A stretch of DNA of 64,000 nucleotides from Octopus sinensis (lineage: Eukaryota), in NCBI RefSeq assembly GCF_006345805.1, contig NC_043001.1, positions 57,288,001-57,352,000 on the forward strand, read 5' to 3'. How positions within the stretch are numbered: position 1 is the stretch's first letter; every line of letters begins with the position of its first letter. The notes under the pieces were generated by a model. The model ran no database searches. It had not been told where the DNA came from and was given only the letters and a program-made list of their open reading frames with translations. Shown here one piece after another: positions 35,391-48,329 of the stretch. Position numbers and translations under genes: made by a program.

Positions 35391-35441
<51 letters not shown>

Positions 35442-35545
35442 GTAATAACAACAACAACAACAATAATAATAATAATATTATTATTATTAATAATAATAAT
35501 AATAATAATAATAAAACTAATAATAATAATAATAATTGTAAAAAT
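35230..35545. repeat. Long imperfect (AAT)n array
   Basis: Directly visible. Confidence 0.95.
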
Positions 35546-36057
35546 AAATGCCCTGATGCAGTAGCAGGCAGTGGCTATGCCCTGATGTAGTACCAGGCAG
35601 TGGCAATCCCCTGCAGCAGTATCAGGCAGTGGCTCTCATGGCTTCTCATCTTAACTAATTGGAAGTGTTATCAGGTACATTGTTTTGTCTTGGTATAAAA
35701 GATGGGCTACAGCAAATATTCTGCTCAGTACCACAGATTAGCTTGTCATTTGTTTGACCTTAACCAGTTGAGCATATCCCTTAGTGACTGACGATATGTG
35801 CATCTCTGATCACGATCAAAAGTAGTGGGGGAGCAAAATAGCCGTGTGTTGAGAGGAATTCTTTGGGGTTTGAATAACTCACCTCTGGAAACATGGGTGT
35901 TTCGTTCAACATCCTCATTCAGGGACCTTTTGAGTGGGATGGGCTACTCAACCAGAAGAAAATTTACCCTTATCAGACGTGTAGTCATGATGGGTATACT
36001 GGGCTTCGTATATTGTACCCCAGTGTCACTTTGATGGCATGCACTGCTCTCTCACTC
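35546..36057 (+). mobile_element. Family C element with triplicated 29-bp 5' segment and internal deletion
   Basis: Same termini as other copies; (AAT)n on both sides. Confidence 0.9.
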
Positions 36058-36073
36058 AATAATAATAACAATC

Positions 36074-36106
<33 letters not shown>

Positions 36107-36114
36107 TAATAATA

Positions 36115-36161
<47 letters not shown>

Positions 36162-36163
36162 GT

Positions 36164-36382
36164 AATAATCCTTTCTTCTATAGGCACAACGCCCGAAATC
36201 CATATGTGGGGACTAGTCGATTTTATCGATTCCAGTGTTTCACTGGTACTTAATTTATCGACTTGGAAAGCATGTAAATCAAAGTCGACCTTGGCAGAAT
36301 TTGACCTCAGATCGTAAGGTCGGACGAAATACCGCAGTGTATTTTGCCCGGTGGTGCTAACGATTGTACAAGTCACTGCCTT
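36164..36382 (-). mobile_element. SINE family A
   Basis: TTCTATAGGCACAACGCCCGAAAT..AAAGTCGACC..GCTAACGATT. Confidence 0.85.
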
Positions 36383-36444
36383 AGGAATAATAATGACAAC
36401 AACAACAATAATAACAAGAACAACCACAGTAATAATAATAAGAA

Positions 36445-36598
36445 GAATACCCTCTACAATAGGCAGAAGGCATGACATTTTGAGGGAGGAGGCTGGTCGA
36501 CTATTTCATCGACCCCGAAAGGATGAAAGGCAAAGTCGACCTTGGCCTTTCATCCATTCAGGGTCGATGAAATACGTACCAGTTGAGCACAGGGCTCG
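36445..36598. mobile_element. Fold-back fusion of two oppositely oriented family A SINE halves
   Basis: ATTTCATCGACCC..GGATGAAAGGC AAAGTCGACCTTG GCCTTTCATCC..GGGTCGATGAAAT. Confidence 0.8.
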
Positions 36599-36953
36599 AA
36601 ATAAAAACAACATAAAAATCGTAAATGAACTGACATACTAGGGATCAAGACAGCTAGAATCCATAGTGTCAAACTCAGGGTGTTAAAACCCTCAAACATA
36701 GAAAGCTTTTGAACGGCCACTACTCACTTTCTACAAAGAATGTTCGTGTTGAATAATCACAAACCAAGCAGTTTTAGCAGAGTCTAATGTTTACTGGAGT
36801 CGAAAGAGAAAACTGTTACATGATGAGATAAAACACGTATCCACGACTCATCTCTTTGGAGCAGAACGTCGTAAAGAAGAAATACAAAAAAAAAATAAAA
36901 ATCACATGGACTATCTTTACATTACTGCTTGAACAAATGACGAAGAAACTTAC

Positions 36954-37014
36954 TTCTCCGGATTATTTCACCTTCTATTTCGAAGTAGTAGGTATCTGCG
37001 ACAAAACCTTTACC
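36954..37014 (-). other. Candidate 61-nt internal exon of an unidentified gene
   Basis: TTATCTTTGCTTCAG| exon |GTAAGT; only one open frame, GKGFVADTYYFEIEGEIIRR. Confidence 0.3.
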
Positions 37015-37237
37015 CTGAAGCAAAGATAATTTTAGTGAGGCACGAATTTACACTCTATGGTATTTGCTATACTTTTATTCTTCTTTCTTGTTCCACTTCA
37101 GTCCACGGACACCGTAACTGACTTCGGTTACCTCAACTTCGCTCCATTCAGAGGTTTATGTGAATACGCACACATGCATGTACATAGCGACACAAACACA
37201 CACACACACACCACACACACACGCTCACAAAACATAT

Positions 37238-37281
<44 letters not shown>

Positions 37282-37879
37282 ATATATATACCTGTGTATG
37301 GGTATATATATTTGCATCATGTATATATATTGATACATACGCACTTATATTTATATACATGCATATTCATTCACGCATATGTATGCAACGCTAAGACGCG
37401 GATATATGTGAATATATATAGGAATATGTACACACACATATATATACGCAACGATACATATACACACTCCAACAACTCTGAGGTTACTGATCAGTATAAC
37501 TAATTATATATGCCAGCGCATTCTTTTTAATCCTTTATTCTTAACCGCCTGTTTGATTATGAATGCCAATCACAACCATTTGATTCCAATATTAGTTTCA
37601 ACACGACACCCATTGTTGTCCCCATCTAAATTCCGATGCTGTATTGTAGCTTAGGGGATACTATGTCAATAAATAATGTATATACAAGCATACATACATA
37701 TAATGTACACACACACATTTACATATATACATATGTATATATACATACACATGCATATATACATTTATATATACATACGCATGCATATATACATACATAT
37801 ATATATACATAGATACATACATACATGCATACATATATATGTATATGTATATATATTTACATCTATATCTATCTATCTA

Positions 37880-37927
<48 letters not shown>

Positions 37928-38275
37928 GCAAAAATATATACACGAGTTAAAAATATAAATAAAAGTAGAAAAATAACTTCATAGTCTGACCTTGACAAAG
38001 ACTTCAGAAGATGTTGGATCAATATTGCACTAGTTATGCATCTTTCTGCCATTTTAGAAGCATTCTATTAATGTCTCTTAGTAGTGCAACAAGAATAACA
38101 TTAACGACAACAACAACAACAACAGCAACAATAGCAGCAGCAACGATGACGGCGACGACGACAGTAATATTAACAGCAACTGAAGTAGGAAGGTCCCCAC
38201 CAAACCAGTACCACAACCACCAAAATCACTTCCATCAACAGCACCTCTATAGACGTAGCACTCTCAAAAATATCA

Positions 38276-38306
<31 letters not shown>

Positions 38307-40569
38307 GTAGTAGTAGTTAGTAGTAGTAGTAGTAGTAGTAGTAGTTAGTAGTAGTAGTAGTAGTTCTATTGCATTCAATACTACTATCAAATAATCAAAT
38401 AATATTTATTGCTTTATTTTGTTATTTAAACGATTGCTATATTTCTCATAAAGGTGAGAGAAAGATAGAGTGGGTGTGGTTAAGATAAATAATTTCTATA
38501 CGTTGTTTCATCTATAAATTATCTATCGACTGCTAAGTTCTACCTAAAGAATAAACTCAGAATGAGTGGTCATATCAAAGATGCTTATGACCACCCGATC
38601 ACAGCAGCCATAGGGCTAACCAGCAGCAGCAGCAAATTTCGTCGTTGTTGTTTGAAGTTTTAACCAGCATAATTTACAATATTCTAATGTAACTAAAGTT
38701 ATAAAAAAATTCTAATTATATGTCTAACATACATGACTGCAGAGTCACACGCGGTTAGATTTTTTTCTGGAAAATGATTATGGACTAATGTCCAGACTGC
38801 GTGACTAGTGTTGTACTGTACTTGTATATAAACACAGCGGCACACATTGCTTCTGTTAATCTTTGCTTTAAGCATCACTTCGACCTAGGTATAATGCAAC
38901 CTATTAGTTTCCCCCTAGATAGCTTTCTGTTATATGGCAATTCTATTTTTATAGTTAGTAGCATAGACCATTGCTTTTGTATTGGAATGCCCCTTCGAAG
39001 AAACTGATTTCAAACCCATTGCAGAATGTTGGAGATAACACTGTGTGCAGACAGCTAATCCTGAAAGATGCAACACTTTTCAATAATTAAGTAAAGAAGT
39101 ATCTTTCAAATCACACGCCCCGCGTTCTGAGTTACGCTATATATGCCAAAGAAGCAGTAAGCTTTTAGTTTGAACCTACTATGATTGTAGCTGTACTAGA
39201 TCAAATCTCCTTCATGTCTAAACAATAACGACAACTCAACAAGCCTTAGACAGCGTGTTCTCTTATATTAGAGTTGGAAGATATTCAGGATGTGCACGCA
39301 TCCTATCAAGGAGAATATTCAATATGATAAAATATTCTTTTAATAATACCGAAGCTTCAGAATTCATTCGTCTTTGAAGAGACATTTAGTTTTTATTCGA
39401 AGTAGTTACTGCATTGATGCACTGTGAACGCTCATTGCTCAATATTGTGAAGTGCTAATGGCGTTGTAACACTGGAGTTCTGACATAGTTATTGATGTAG
39501 TTTAGTTCAGTAGTTCTAGTAAACCATTTCAACTCATACAGCAGAACTATAACCAAAGGCATTGCAACCGCGACTGTCCAGTCTTTAAGCTATATATCTA
39601 GAAATGAATTATCCAAGACGTGAGATTTTAGGGAGATAGTTGCTATTTTGAGCAGGTTAAACATTGAATAAAATCCCAAGTATAGGCTGCTTCGTGGGTG
39701 ATGGAGTATAGCTGAGGTGTAATTGCGGTGTGTTTGATGGGGTTGAAAGTAATGTTACATTTTATGGTGTTCATGGTGGTTGTGCTTATTGTTATCATTG
39801 TGATGTTCAAATCACAGTTGGTTATGGCTGTGATAGTAGTACTGCTACTTGTAGTGGTGGTACACTGGAATTAATGGTGGCGGCGTACTTTTCTGTGAAG
39901 CTGAGAGAGGAAATGCTTTAGAGGAAATTGTAATTCAAATAGAAGACCTGTAACAGGAAAACATAGAAAAACAGCTATTATATTGACAGAAACAGCAAGG
40001 GAAAACATAATTATCGATACTCTTTTTTCTCTCTTTCTTTACCACGCTCTCTCCTTCCCTCTATTCCTTTCTCGTCTCTCTATCTCCCTCCTCTCTCTCT
40101 CTCTATTTCTTTGTCCTTCAGTCTCTTTCACTGACTATATCTCTGTTGATCTTACTGTATGTCTCACATTGTTTCTGGATGCATTCCTCTATATCAGTCT
40201 CTGACGTCATTTCCTCGCTATATGTATATTTGTATACATGCGCGGGTGTACTTATGGACGTGTGTATCTGAATATATGTATATGTGTTGGCGCATATATA
40301 CATATATACATACATACGTATATATATATATATGCATATACACACTTATACGCATGTATATATGTGTGTATGAGTTAGTGTGCGCGTGTGTGTGTGTGTA
40401 TCATGATGTTTACATGCATATTTCTGTACATAGATACGCGCGCAACATATTTGTGTTTGTATGTCTGTATGGTATATATATATATATATATGTACATATA
40501 TACATATACATATATATACACATATATACGAATATACATATATACATATCTATCTATAAATAAATGTAT

Positions 40570-40664
<95 letters not shown>

Positions 40665-41084
40665 ACACATATATATGAATATACATATATGCATATCTAT
40701 CTATAAATATATATATGTATATATATATATCCATATAACGCACGCAAGCGCGCATACGCATGTATGTATGTGCGTGTGTGTGTGTGTATGTGTGTGTGTG
40801 TGTGTAGAATTCTTTGTGCGTCTGTTCCAAGTTTTCTCCGTTAGTCATTGTTAGCCAGTCAATCTCTCTGTCATCCTTTCTCTCAGTCTCTATCCCTGTC
40901 TGTACCACTATCTTCAATGGTCTTCAGTTTTTGTTTTCTTCATTCCCATTATTTTCTATTTAGCGTTTGTATGTTTTGTCAGACAAACCGTATCTTTATT
41001 TAGTTCATCACGTATTGTGTCATTCTTAATATCGGCATCCTTCATTGTCTCTGAGATATGCTATCTCTCTTTCTCCGTTCCTCC

Positions 41085-41165
<81 letters not shown>

Positions 41166-41166
41166 C

Positions 41167-41248
<82 letters not shown>

Positions 41249-41280
41249 CTACCTATCTATCTATCTATCTATCTATCTAT
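41085..41280. repeat. (CTAT)n tetranucleotide array
   Basis: Directly visible. Confidence 0.95.
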
Positions 41281-41893
41281 TGCTTACTGTCTATTTGTCT
41301 CTGGCTCTGTCTATTTCCCACTTTTGTTTAATATGCCAGTCTGGCTCAACGTTTTCCTATTTTTCACCAATATTATCTCACTCTGTATTCTTTTTCCACC
41401 AGTCTCACTATTGCTCTAATTTTATATTCCTCTACTTAACTCTCTCTCGCTCTCACTGTATCTCTCCCCACCTCTCTCTCTCACTCCTTGTCCCTTAGTC
41501 GCAACCACGTCACTGACGTCACAGCCTGTGGATTCTCTTGTATCACATTCACGAAAAACTCGCCTAAAACCATAACTCGGTAAAAATCTGTCTTACAATC
41601 TGTTCATCTTCCAAACCTGCATCCCAACGACGGGGTTCGTTTTAGGCTCAGAAAATATTTTAGCTCTGAAAAGAGTTGTAATTGATTTCAGAGTTTGGCA
41701 CGAGGCCACGCATTTCCTGCCAGATAACAGTAAATTAAGTCCAAACCAGTATTTGGAAGATGAAAAGGAAAGCAGAGCCTGGAGGGATATGAATTCAGAA
41801 GATAAAGGGACGTCACTGAATAACGCAGGGTGTTTTGTCCAACTCGTTATTGATTCTGACAAAAAATATCCTTAATAATGATTGAAACTACTT

Positions 41894-41944
<51 letters not shown>

Positions 41945-41967
41945 ATAATAATAATAATAATATTTAT

Positions 41968-42450
41968 AGGGCAGCGAGCAGGCAGAATCGTTAGCAAGCG
42001 GGGCGAAATGCGTAGCCGTATTTCGTTTGTCTTTACGTTGTGAGTTCAAATTTCGCCGAGGCCAACTTTGCCATTCATCCTTTCGGTATCGATTAAATAA
42101 CTACCAGTTACGCATTGGGGTCGATATAATCGACTTAATCCCTTTGTCAGTCCTTGTTTGTCCCCCTACGTTTACCCCCACCCTCACCCGTGGGCAATAA
42201 AGAAAGAAATATAAATGATTATTTTTATTAAGAAAAGAAAAAAAGGCGACAAGCTGGCAGATACGGTAGCACGCCGAGCAGTATTTCCTATGTCTTTACG
42301 TTCTGATTTCAAATTCCACCGAGGTCGACTTTGCCTTTCATCCTTTCGGGATCGATAAATTAATTACCTGTTGCATATTGTAGTCGATCTAATTGACTGG
42401 CCCTTCCCCCAAAATTTTGGAGCTGGTGCTTAAAGTAGAAAGGGAAAATA
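41968..42450 (+). mobile_element. Two tandem family A SINEs (41968-42210 with alternative tail; 42243-42450)
   Basis: GGCAGCGAGCAGGCAGAATCGTTAGC..GAGTTCAAATT; second head AAGGCGACAAGCTGGCAGA. Confidence 0.9.
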
Positions 42451-42900
42451 ATATTTATAAGTAGTAGTAGTAGTAGTAGTAAAGGAGAACGAACAACAGA
42501 CGTCGTGAATCAGCTGAAATTTGAAGTACAATGAGAACTACAAATTCTGTGATAATCGATGGTAGAGAATGTTGAACTAACTAGCATTAGAATAACTAAC
42601 TAAGTAAATAAATAAATAAATAAATTATTTGATAAGTAAATAAAGCATGCCAAGGCTGAATGAGAAAATCGGAACTCAAAGCAAACACTGAAGGGGTACA
42701 CACGGAGGCACAGGGCAAAACACTCTCCATCCGAAATCGCTAAAATTGTATAATAAAGCAGAATACTACAATTGCAGATTATGAGGATATTCAAAATAAA
42801 CAATTAACCACACTGTCTTTGACTGACATTTTAAAACGAACGATGCATACGTTAACAAATATGACGTTAGCAGTTTGCCACCAGTATGAAATTACGAAAA

Positions 42901-42953
<53 letters not shown>

Positions 42954-43155
42954 AATTGATGAAAGAAAGATAAGAAGAAAGAAAGAAATAATACATGATG
43001 AACTTAAAAAAGATGCTTGTCTTGTAGAATATAGAGACGGTTGATACAAAAAACAAAGGCAAAAACTATATTAATAGTTACTTTTGCAAAGCTTTCTTGC
43101 TTTGCAAAGATAATAATATTAATAATAATAATAATCATAATAAGGAAGAAAAAAA

Positions 43156-43470
43156 TGCTTTCTAATAAATGTATCAATACCAGGAGATGACAACGTTTCT
43201 CTAAAAGAAATGGAGAAACAATTCCTATCATAGTAGGCGCATTAGGTTTGATAAAAAAATATTCAGACAAATACATAACAAAAACACGAGGACTTACAAA
43301 TATATATAACACACGATAAATTGCACTACTTGGCACTGCACACATTCTACACAAAACACTTTCAATACAGTAACCATAAGAGCATCAAACCAAACCTCAG
43401 CACATAACGAAGGCACACAGAGTGGCGCTCGGTAGTGAAGTGAAAGCAAGTTATACAAATAAAACTATTG
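43156..43470 (+). mobile_element. R4/Dong LINE 3' end (restriction-like endonuclease C-terminus plus 3' UTR) with (AAT)n tail
   Basis: NVSIPGDDNVSLKEMEK..TIPIIVGALGLIKKY..IALLGTAHIL. Confidence 0.9.
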
Positions 43471-43486
43471 AATAATAATAATAATA

Positions 43487-43593
<107 letters not shown>

Positions 43594-43606
43594 TAATAAT
43601 AATAGC

Positions 43607-43654
<48 letters not shown>

Positions 43655-43664
43655 TAATAATAAT

Positions 43665-43795
43665 CATCCTACGCAGAACACTTTCCATACAATAACCATC
43701 AGAGCATCACAACAAATCACAGCACATACCCAAGGCACACAGAGCTGCGCTCGGTAGTGAAGTGAAAGCACGCTATAAAAATAAAAATAAAACTA

Positions 43796-43798
<3 letters not shown>
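43665..43798 (+). mobile_element. Second short R4/Dong 3' end inside the (AAT)n tail of the first
   Basis: CATCCTACGCAGAACACTTTC..GCGCTCGGTAGTGAAGTGAAAGCA..AAAACTACTG(AAT)n. Confidence 0.9.
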
Positions 43799-43866
<68 letters not shown>

Positions 43867-43867
<1 letters not shown>

Positions 43868-44226
43868 TCTTTCTACAAAAGGTACGCGGCCTGAAAGTTG
43901 AGGGAGCGGGTGTTTAACTGGTCCTTAATTTATCGACCCCGAAAGAATGAAGGGCGGAATTTGAGCTCAAAACGTAGCGGCAGACGAAATACCTATTTCT
44001 TTACTACCCACATGGAGCTAAACACAGAGGGGACAAACAAGGACAGACAAACGATTAAGACGATTACATCGACCTCAGTGCGTAATTGGTACCTAATTTA
44101 TCGATCCCGAAAGGCTGAAAGGCAAAATCGATCTCGGCGGAATTTGAACTCAGAACGTAACGGCAGACGAAATACCGCTAAGAGTTTCGCTTGACGTGCT
44201 AAAGATTCCGCCATATCGCCGCCTTA
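43867..44226 (-). mobile_element. Two stacked family A SINEs
   Basis: Partial copy 43867-43993 and alternative-tail copy 43994-44226. Confidence 0.85.
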
Positions 44227-44289
44227 CTACTACTACTACTACTACTACTAACAACAACAACAACAACAATAATGATAATTATGACAGGA

Positions 44290-44670
44290 AGAAGAGAACA
44301 CGAATGTAGTTGGAAAAGACACGGATCAATTAAATAGGATAATAAAAGAACTCAAATATATGATAGCAATCAGAAAATTAAATGAACAGTATTGGTTAGA
44401 AGAATGTGGAAAGCAATCTACATGTAGAATTGTCACAAAGGGTTACGATATTAGAGGCATAATTAAAAAGCTATGATGCTAGGCGGAATGGTTTTGAACA
44501 GAATAAATTATTTCATTCAAATAAGTATCTTTTTTAGAGGAAGTGATTTCTGATGCGGAAGACTCTAAAATATTTTGGAGAGAAATCTGGAGGCCAATGG
44601 GACATAAAGAAAGTGTGAAGGGGATAAAATTGGTGGAAAGACAACTTGCAACTGTACCAAGGCAAAACGA
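44290..44670 (+). mobile_element. R4-clade LINE fragment (region N-terminal to RT)
   Basis: YDARRNGFEQNKLFHSN..DAEDSKIFWREIW..HKESVKGI..VPRQND. Confidence 0.7.
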
Positions 44671-45000
44671 CTTGTCTAAGCTTACGTATGAGGAACGCCT
44701 CCAATGGCTGGCATTACCTTCACTCGAACGACGGAGGATGTCGGGACATCTCATCCTGGTTTTCAACATCTGCAACGGGAATGTAAACCTAACATTTGCG
44801 GAGTTTTCACCTCTGCGTCGGATAGGGCTCTTCATGAGCATTATCGGGAACTCTATCCCCGACACTTTCAACTCAACTGGCGGAAGACCGCATTCTCTGT
44901 CTCTGTATCGCAGCACTGTGGAAGAAGCTACCACAATATGTCATTCAACTGCCCACCATTCCTCTTTTCAAAGAGACTCTGGACAACTGTGGCAACTATG
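44671..45000 (+). mobile_element. CR1-type LINE 3' end
   Basis: LTYEERLQWLALPSLERRRMSGHLILVFNI and LWKKLPQYVIQLPTIPLFKETLD. Confidence 0.8.
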
Positions 45001-45009
45001 CATAAAACT

Positions 45010-47330
45010 GTATATAACAATAACCTGCCTTGACCAGATGTTGGCACTGATGTCCATCCTGCGTTCCACTTCGCCACTTGTTCCATACAGTCGAATAAAG
45101 TGCTGCTGAAATGCTATACATCTGATCAAACTCGAATAACATGCCCCTAATTTGACTCACCAAAGACTTACTTGTGACTTTGTTACCGTTTTACTCCTCC
45201 ACCACTTCGGGCGTTTCCCAGAGCACGCACTTTAGCTGTGATAAGGCAATCCATATGATAGCGTTGAAGAACAGCTCAATGGACAACGTCACTGCGACCA
45301 TGTGTATTGCCATGCCTTTCCCAAACACATCTTCTACGTTAGTACTTTTCCTTCTCATCCATTCCTTTCTGTTGCTACAGCCTTAGTAATCCTGATAGAT
45401 TCTACTCTACTCTTTTTCAGGGCAAGCCACCATTTGTCGTTGATGACTGAACCCGTCAACGCCCACTGAAGTAATTTGCTAATCTTGTCTCTGCAATCTG
45501 GGCACGCCGGGAGTGACGCGTTCAGCTTCCAGTAAATGGAGCCCTGCTTGCACATCCTATCTCGTTTGACCGTACAGATCATTAATTCGGGGCCTGCCTG
45601 CCGATATATTTAAGAAGCAAACAACTTATGCTATTCTTATGCACTGGCCTACACAACACTCTATCTAGATAAGAGCTGGATGATCCGATGTGGTTTGTAC
45701 ATGCACATATTGGCACATTCGGAAAATCCAGTGGGTACCTGTTACATGGTTGGATAGGTCTGAGCAGACATGTGAAGCTTTTGCAATCCTATCTCCTATC
45801 AGCTAAATAAGCAAAATCTAAGTGAGCATTACGTGATGCCATTCCAGTCGCCCAGTAACACTAATGGTCGGGCCATGTCCTGCCTCTGTAGGAGCATAAA
45901 CATCTACCAGTCTTTTCGGAAAACTATTGTAGTGCCTATCACTCTCCATGTATATCTAGTGACCTGAAGTCGTTGTGTAGGTGGCCTTCTTAAAGGCCAC
46001 CCTAGGTCAGGTGCATTTACAATGGCTATTAAGGGTAATGTTATCCAAGGAAGAAGGCGAATGAAAAGAGACACGCGCTTTCTGTATAGAGACGAGAATT
46101 TTGCCCCTTATGCTAGATGTGGGTATTTCCACGAACGGATTTTCAAATGGTCTTTTGCTCATGTTGGACCTGAATTTTCCTTGTTTAGGATACTTAGTTT
46201 TTAAAGACGTGTATGTGTTTTACGATATTTAGATAAATTCTATGCGGTGGACTACTATTTCTTATTGTGATGTAGTTGTCTGGTGCTGTGTTTGTAATTT
46301 CCTATATGTGTTCAATTTGTGTTTTATTGTTTGTATTTATGGATGTGTAATTTGCATTGTCTTGTTCTTGTTCGTATTGGGGGCAGTATTCTGAATGTTA
46401 ATGTGTTTGTGATTGTGATAATGGTGCAACTGTTAGCGGTGTTGACGTATGTAGTGACGTATGCTGAGAGTGTTATTGGTGCTGGTGTCGCTGCTATTAG
46501 GGGTGTTGGTGCATCGTTGCTTGAAAGTACATACTCTATTGTTTCGTATCTCCCAGCTTTTTGAAATGTCTTACTCTTGGGGTTTTGGGAGTTGTTTGGT
46601 TCTTATATTTCTTGTTATTTTAGGGGCTTCGGTCACTATCTTTTTTACTATTTGGTGTATTTTCTGTGTTTTGTTCGCTTCCACTCCTGTTGTCACTGTC
46701 CGTGTTTTAGTTTCTTCTTTCATTGTAGCAGTTGCTACTGCTGCTCTTACTGTTGTTTTCGCGGATGCTATTTTTACTTTTGTTGCAATAGCATAGCTCT
46801 GTCTGTGCTGTTGTTAAGGCTGTATTTGTTACTGTTGTTGTTGATGAGGTGATCGCGGTGGTGTTGATGGTGATAGTATTAGCTGAAGGGATGGTCTTTT
46901 GCTGCGAGCAAGAATACTTCAATGATCTTTGTTACTTCACAAGTGACACCTTGGATTTCCGCCCTCAATGCTTGGTGCAATTTTGTGCCGTGTGGTAGAT
47001 TAATCAGGTTCGGTATCTTTTCCATGCTCTCAATGTGAGTTTGAATGAGCGTTTCCATGCCTTGAGCTAGCCATTTCTGCTTCACAGTGTCTGTACCTGC
47101 GTAATATTGATCTTCTCTTCTATAGCAAGGAGAAACTTCACTTTCAGCCAGCTGATGTTGATATCTCGGTGCACTTTGATTATCTTAATTTCAAAAACCT
47201 TACGGTCGAGGTAAATCGGTATGAGGACAGATTCGACTCGTAATATTGGTTGTGGAATACTTTCTGACCTCATTCTCTGTGGCGAGACACATAACTAAAG
47301 TTTAAAATTATCAATTTGATTGAACTACAT
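45010..47330 (-). mobile_element. Decayed L1/Tx1-like element: ORF1 remnant (about 46000-47280) joined to ORF2 C-terminus (about 45010-45600)
   Basis: ESVLIPIYLDRKV..WLKVKFLLAIEEK (ORF1-like); RDRMCKQGS..CPDC..SVINDKW (cf. RDKLYRHGS..CPRC..SIADLW); no EN or RT core seen. Confidence 0.5.
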
Positions 47331-47989
47331 AGTTTACTCTCACTTTCTTATCCTTGGTTTTTTTTGGGTTTTTTTTTGGTTTTGGTATTTGAAATATCGG
47401 CTTACACAGCAGATTTTGCAGTTCGGAGATGTGAACAAATTTCCAATGAGAATTGTCTGCTTATCTTTCTTTTAAAATATTAAGTTCGTCTCACTCTTTC
47501 TTTGCTTCTTTCTCAGGACTTCAGTTTATTTTGTACAATCTCTCCCTCTCCCACGCTATTTCATTTTATCACCATCTTTCAATTTGTTACTCTCTCTCTC
47601 TCTCTCACTCTCTCTCTGTCTCTCTTTCTCTGTCAAACTCAATATTCCAACAATCTTTTAACAATCTTCGATAATCTTAGTTCGACTTTCTCACTTCAAT
47701 ATTTCCTCTCTCTAAATCTATTACATTACTCACCAATCATGTACTATACTTGAGTCATCATCTATCTACTGCTCCAATATATATACTCACTCGTCTTTAT
47801 ATTGTTTATTCTTTCAGTTTTCACTTTCTCTTCTCTTTCTTTCCATCCTTCTTTACTTGCTTCTTATTTATTTTTTTTGCCAGAATTTGAACTTCTTTCA
47901 TTATTTGTTATTTTCTTTGTTCCTTTTCCTTAATATCTTACTTCTTCTCATATCTGAGTTTCCCTCACTCTATACACATACGTAAAATT

Positions 47990-48076
47990 ACACACTTACT
48001 CTCTGACATATAGCCATATATATTTGTGTACACAGATGTATATACATAGTCACATATATGTAATCATATATACATG

Positions 48077-48107
<31 letters not shown>

Positions 48108-48135
48108 ATATATATACGTATATATACGTGTATAT

Positions 48136-48178
<43 letters not shown>

Positions 48179-48280
48179 TATATATATACATATATGCATA
48201 TGCATATATATATATATATCGATATACATATATATATATACACATATATATATATACGTATATATATACGTGTATATATA

Positions 48281-48329
<49 letters not shown>

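Noticed and set aside
35550-35636. CRISPR-like array
   Set aside because: The 29-bp units are contiguous with no spacers, in a eukaryotic repeat context.
20690-37290. Recurrent AA...TT phase shifts in (TA)n tracts as inversion signatures
   Set aside because: Inversion of a TA tract would not give paired AA and TT; single-base indels or sequencing errors are a simpler explanation.
44543-45109. Longest listed ORF (188 aa) as a gene or novel chimeric protein
   Set aside because: It is an R4 fragment abutting a CR1 3' end. An in-frame join has a one-in-three chance, and the CR1 part frameshifts downstream.
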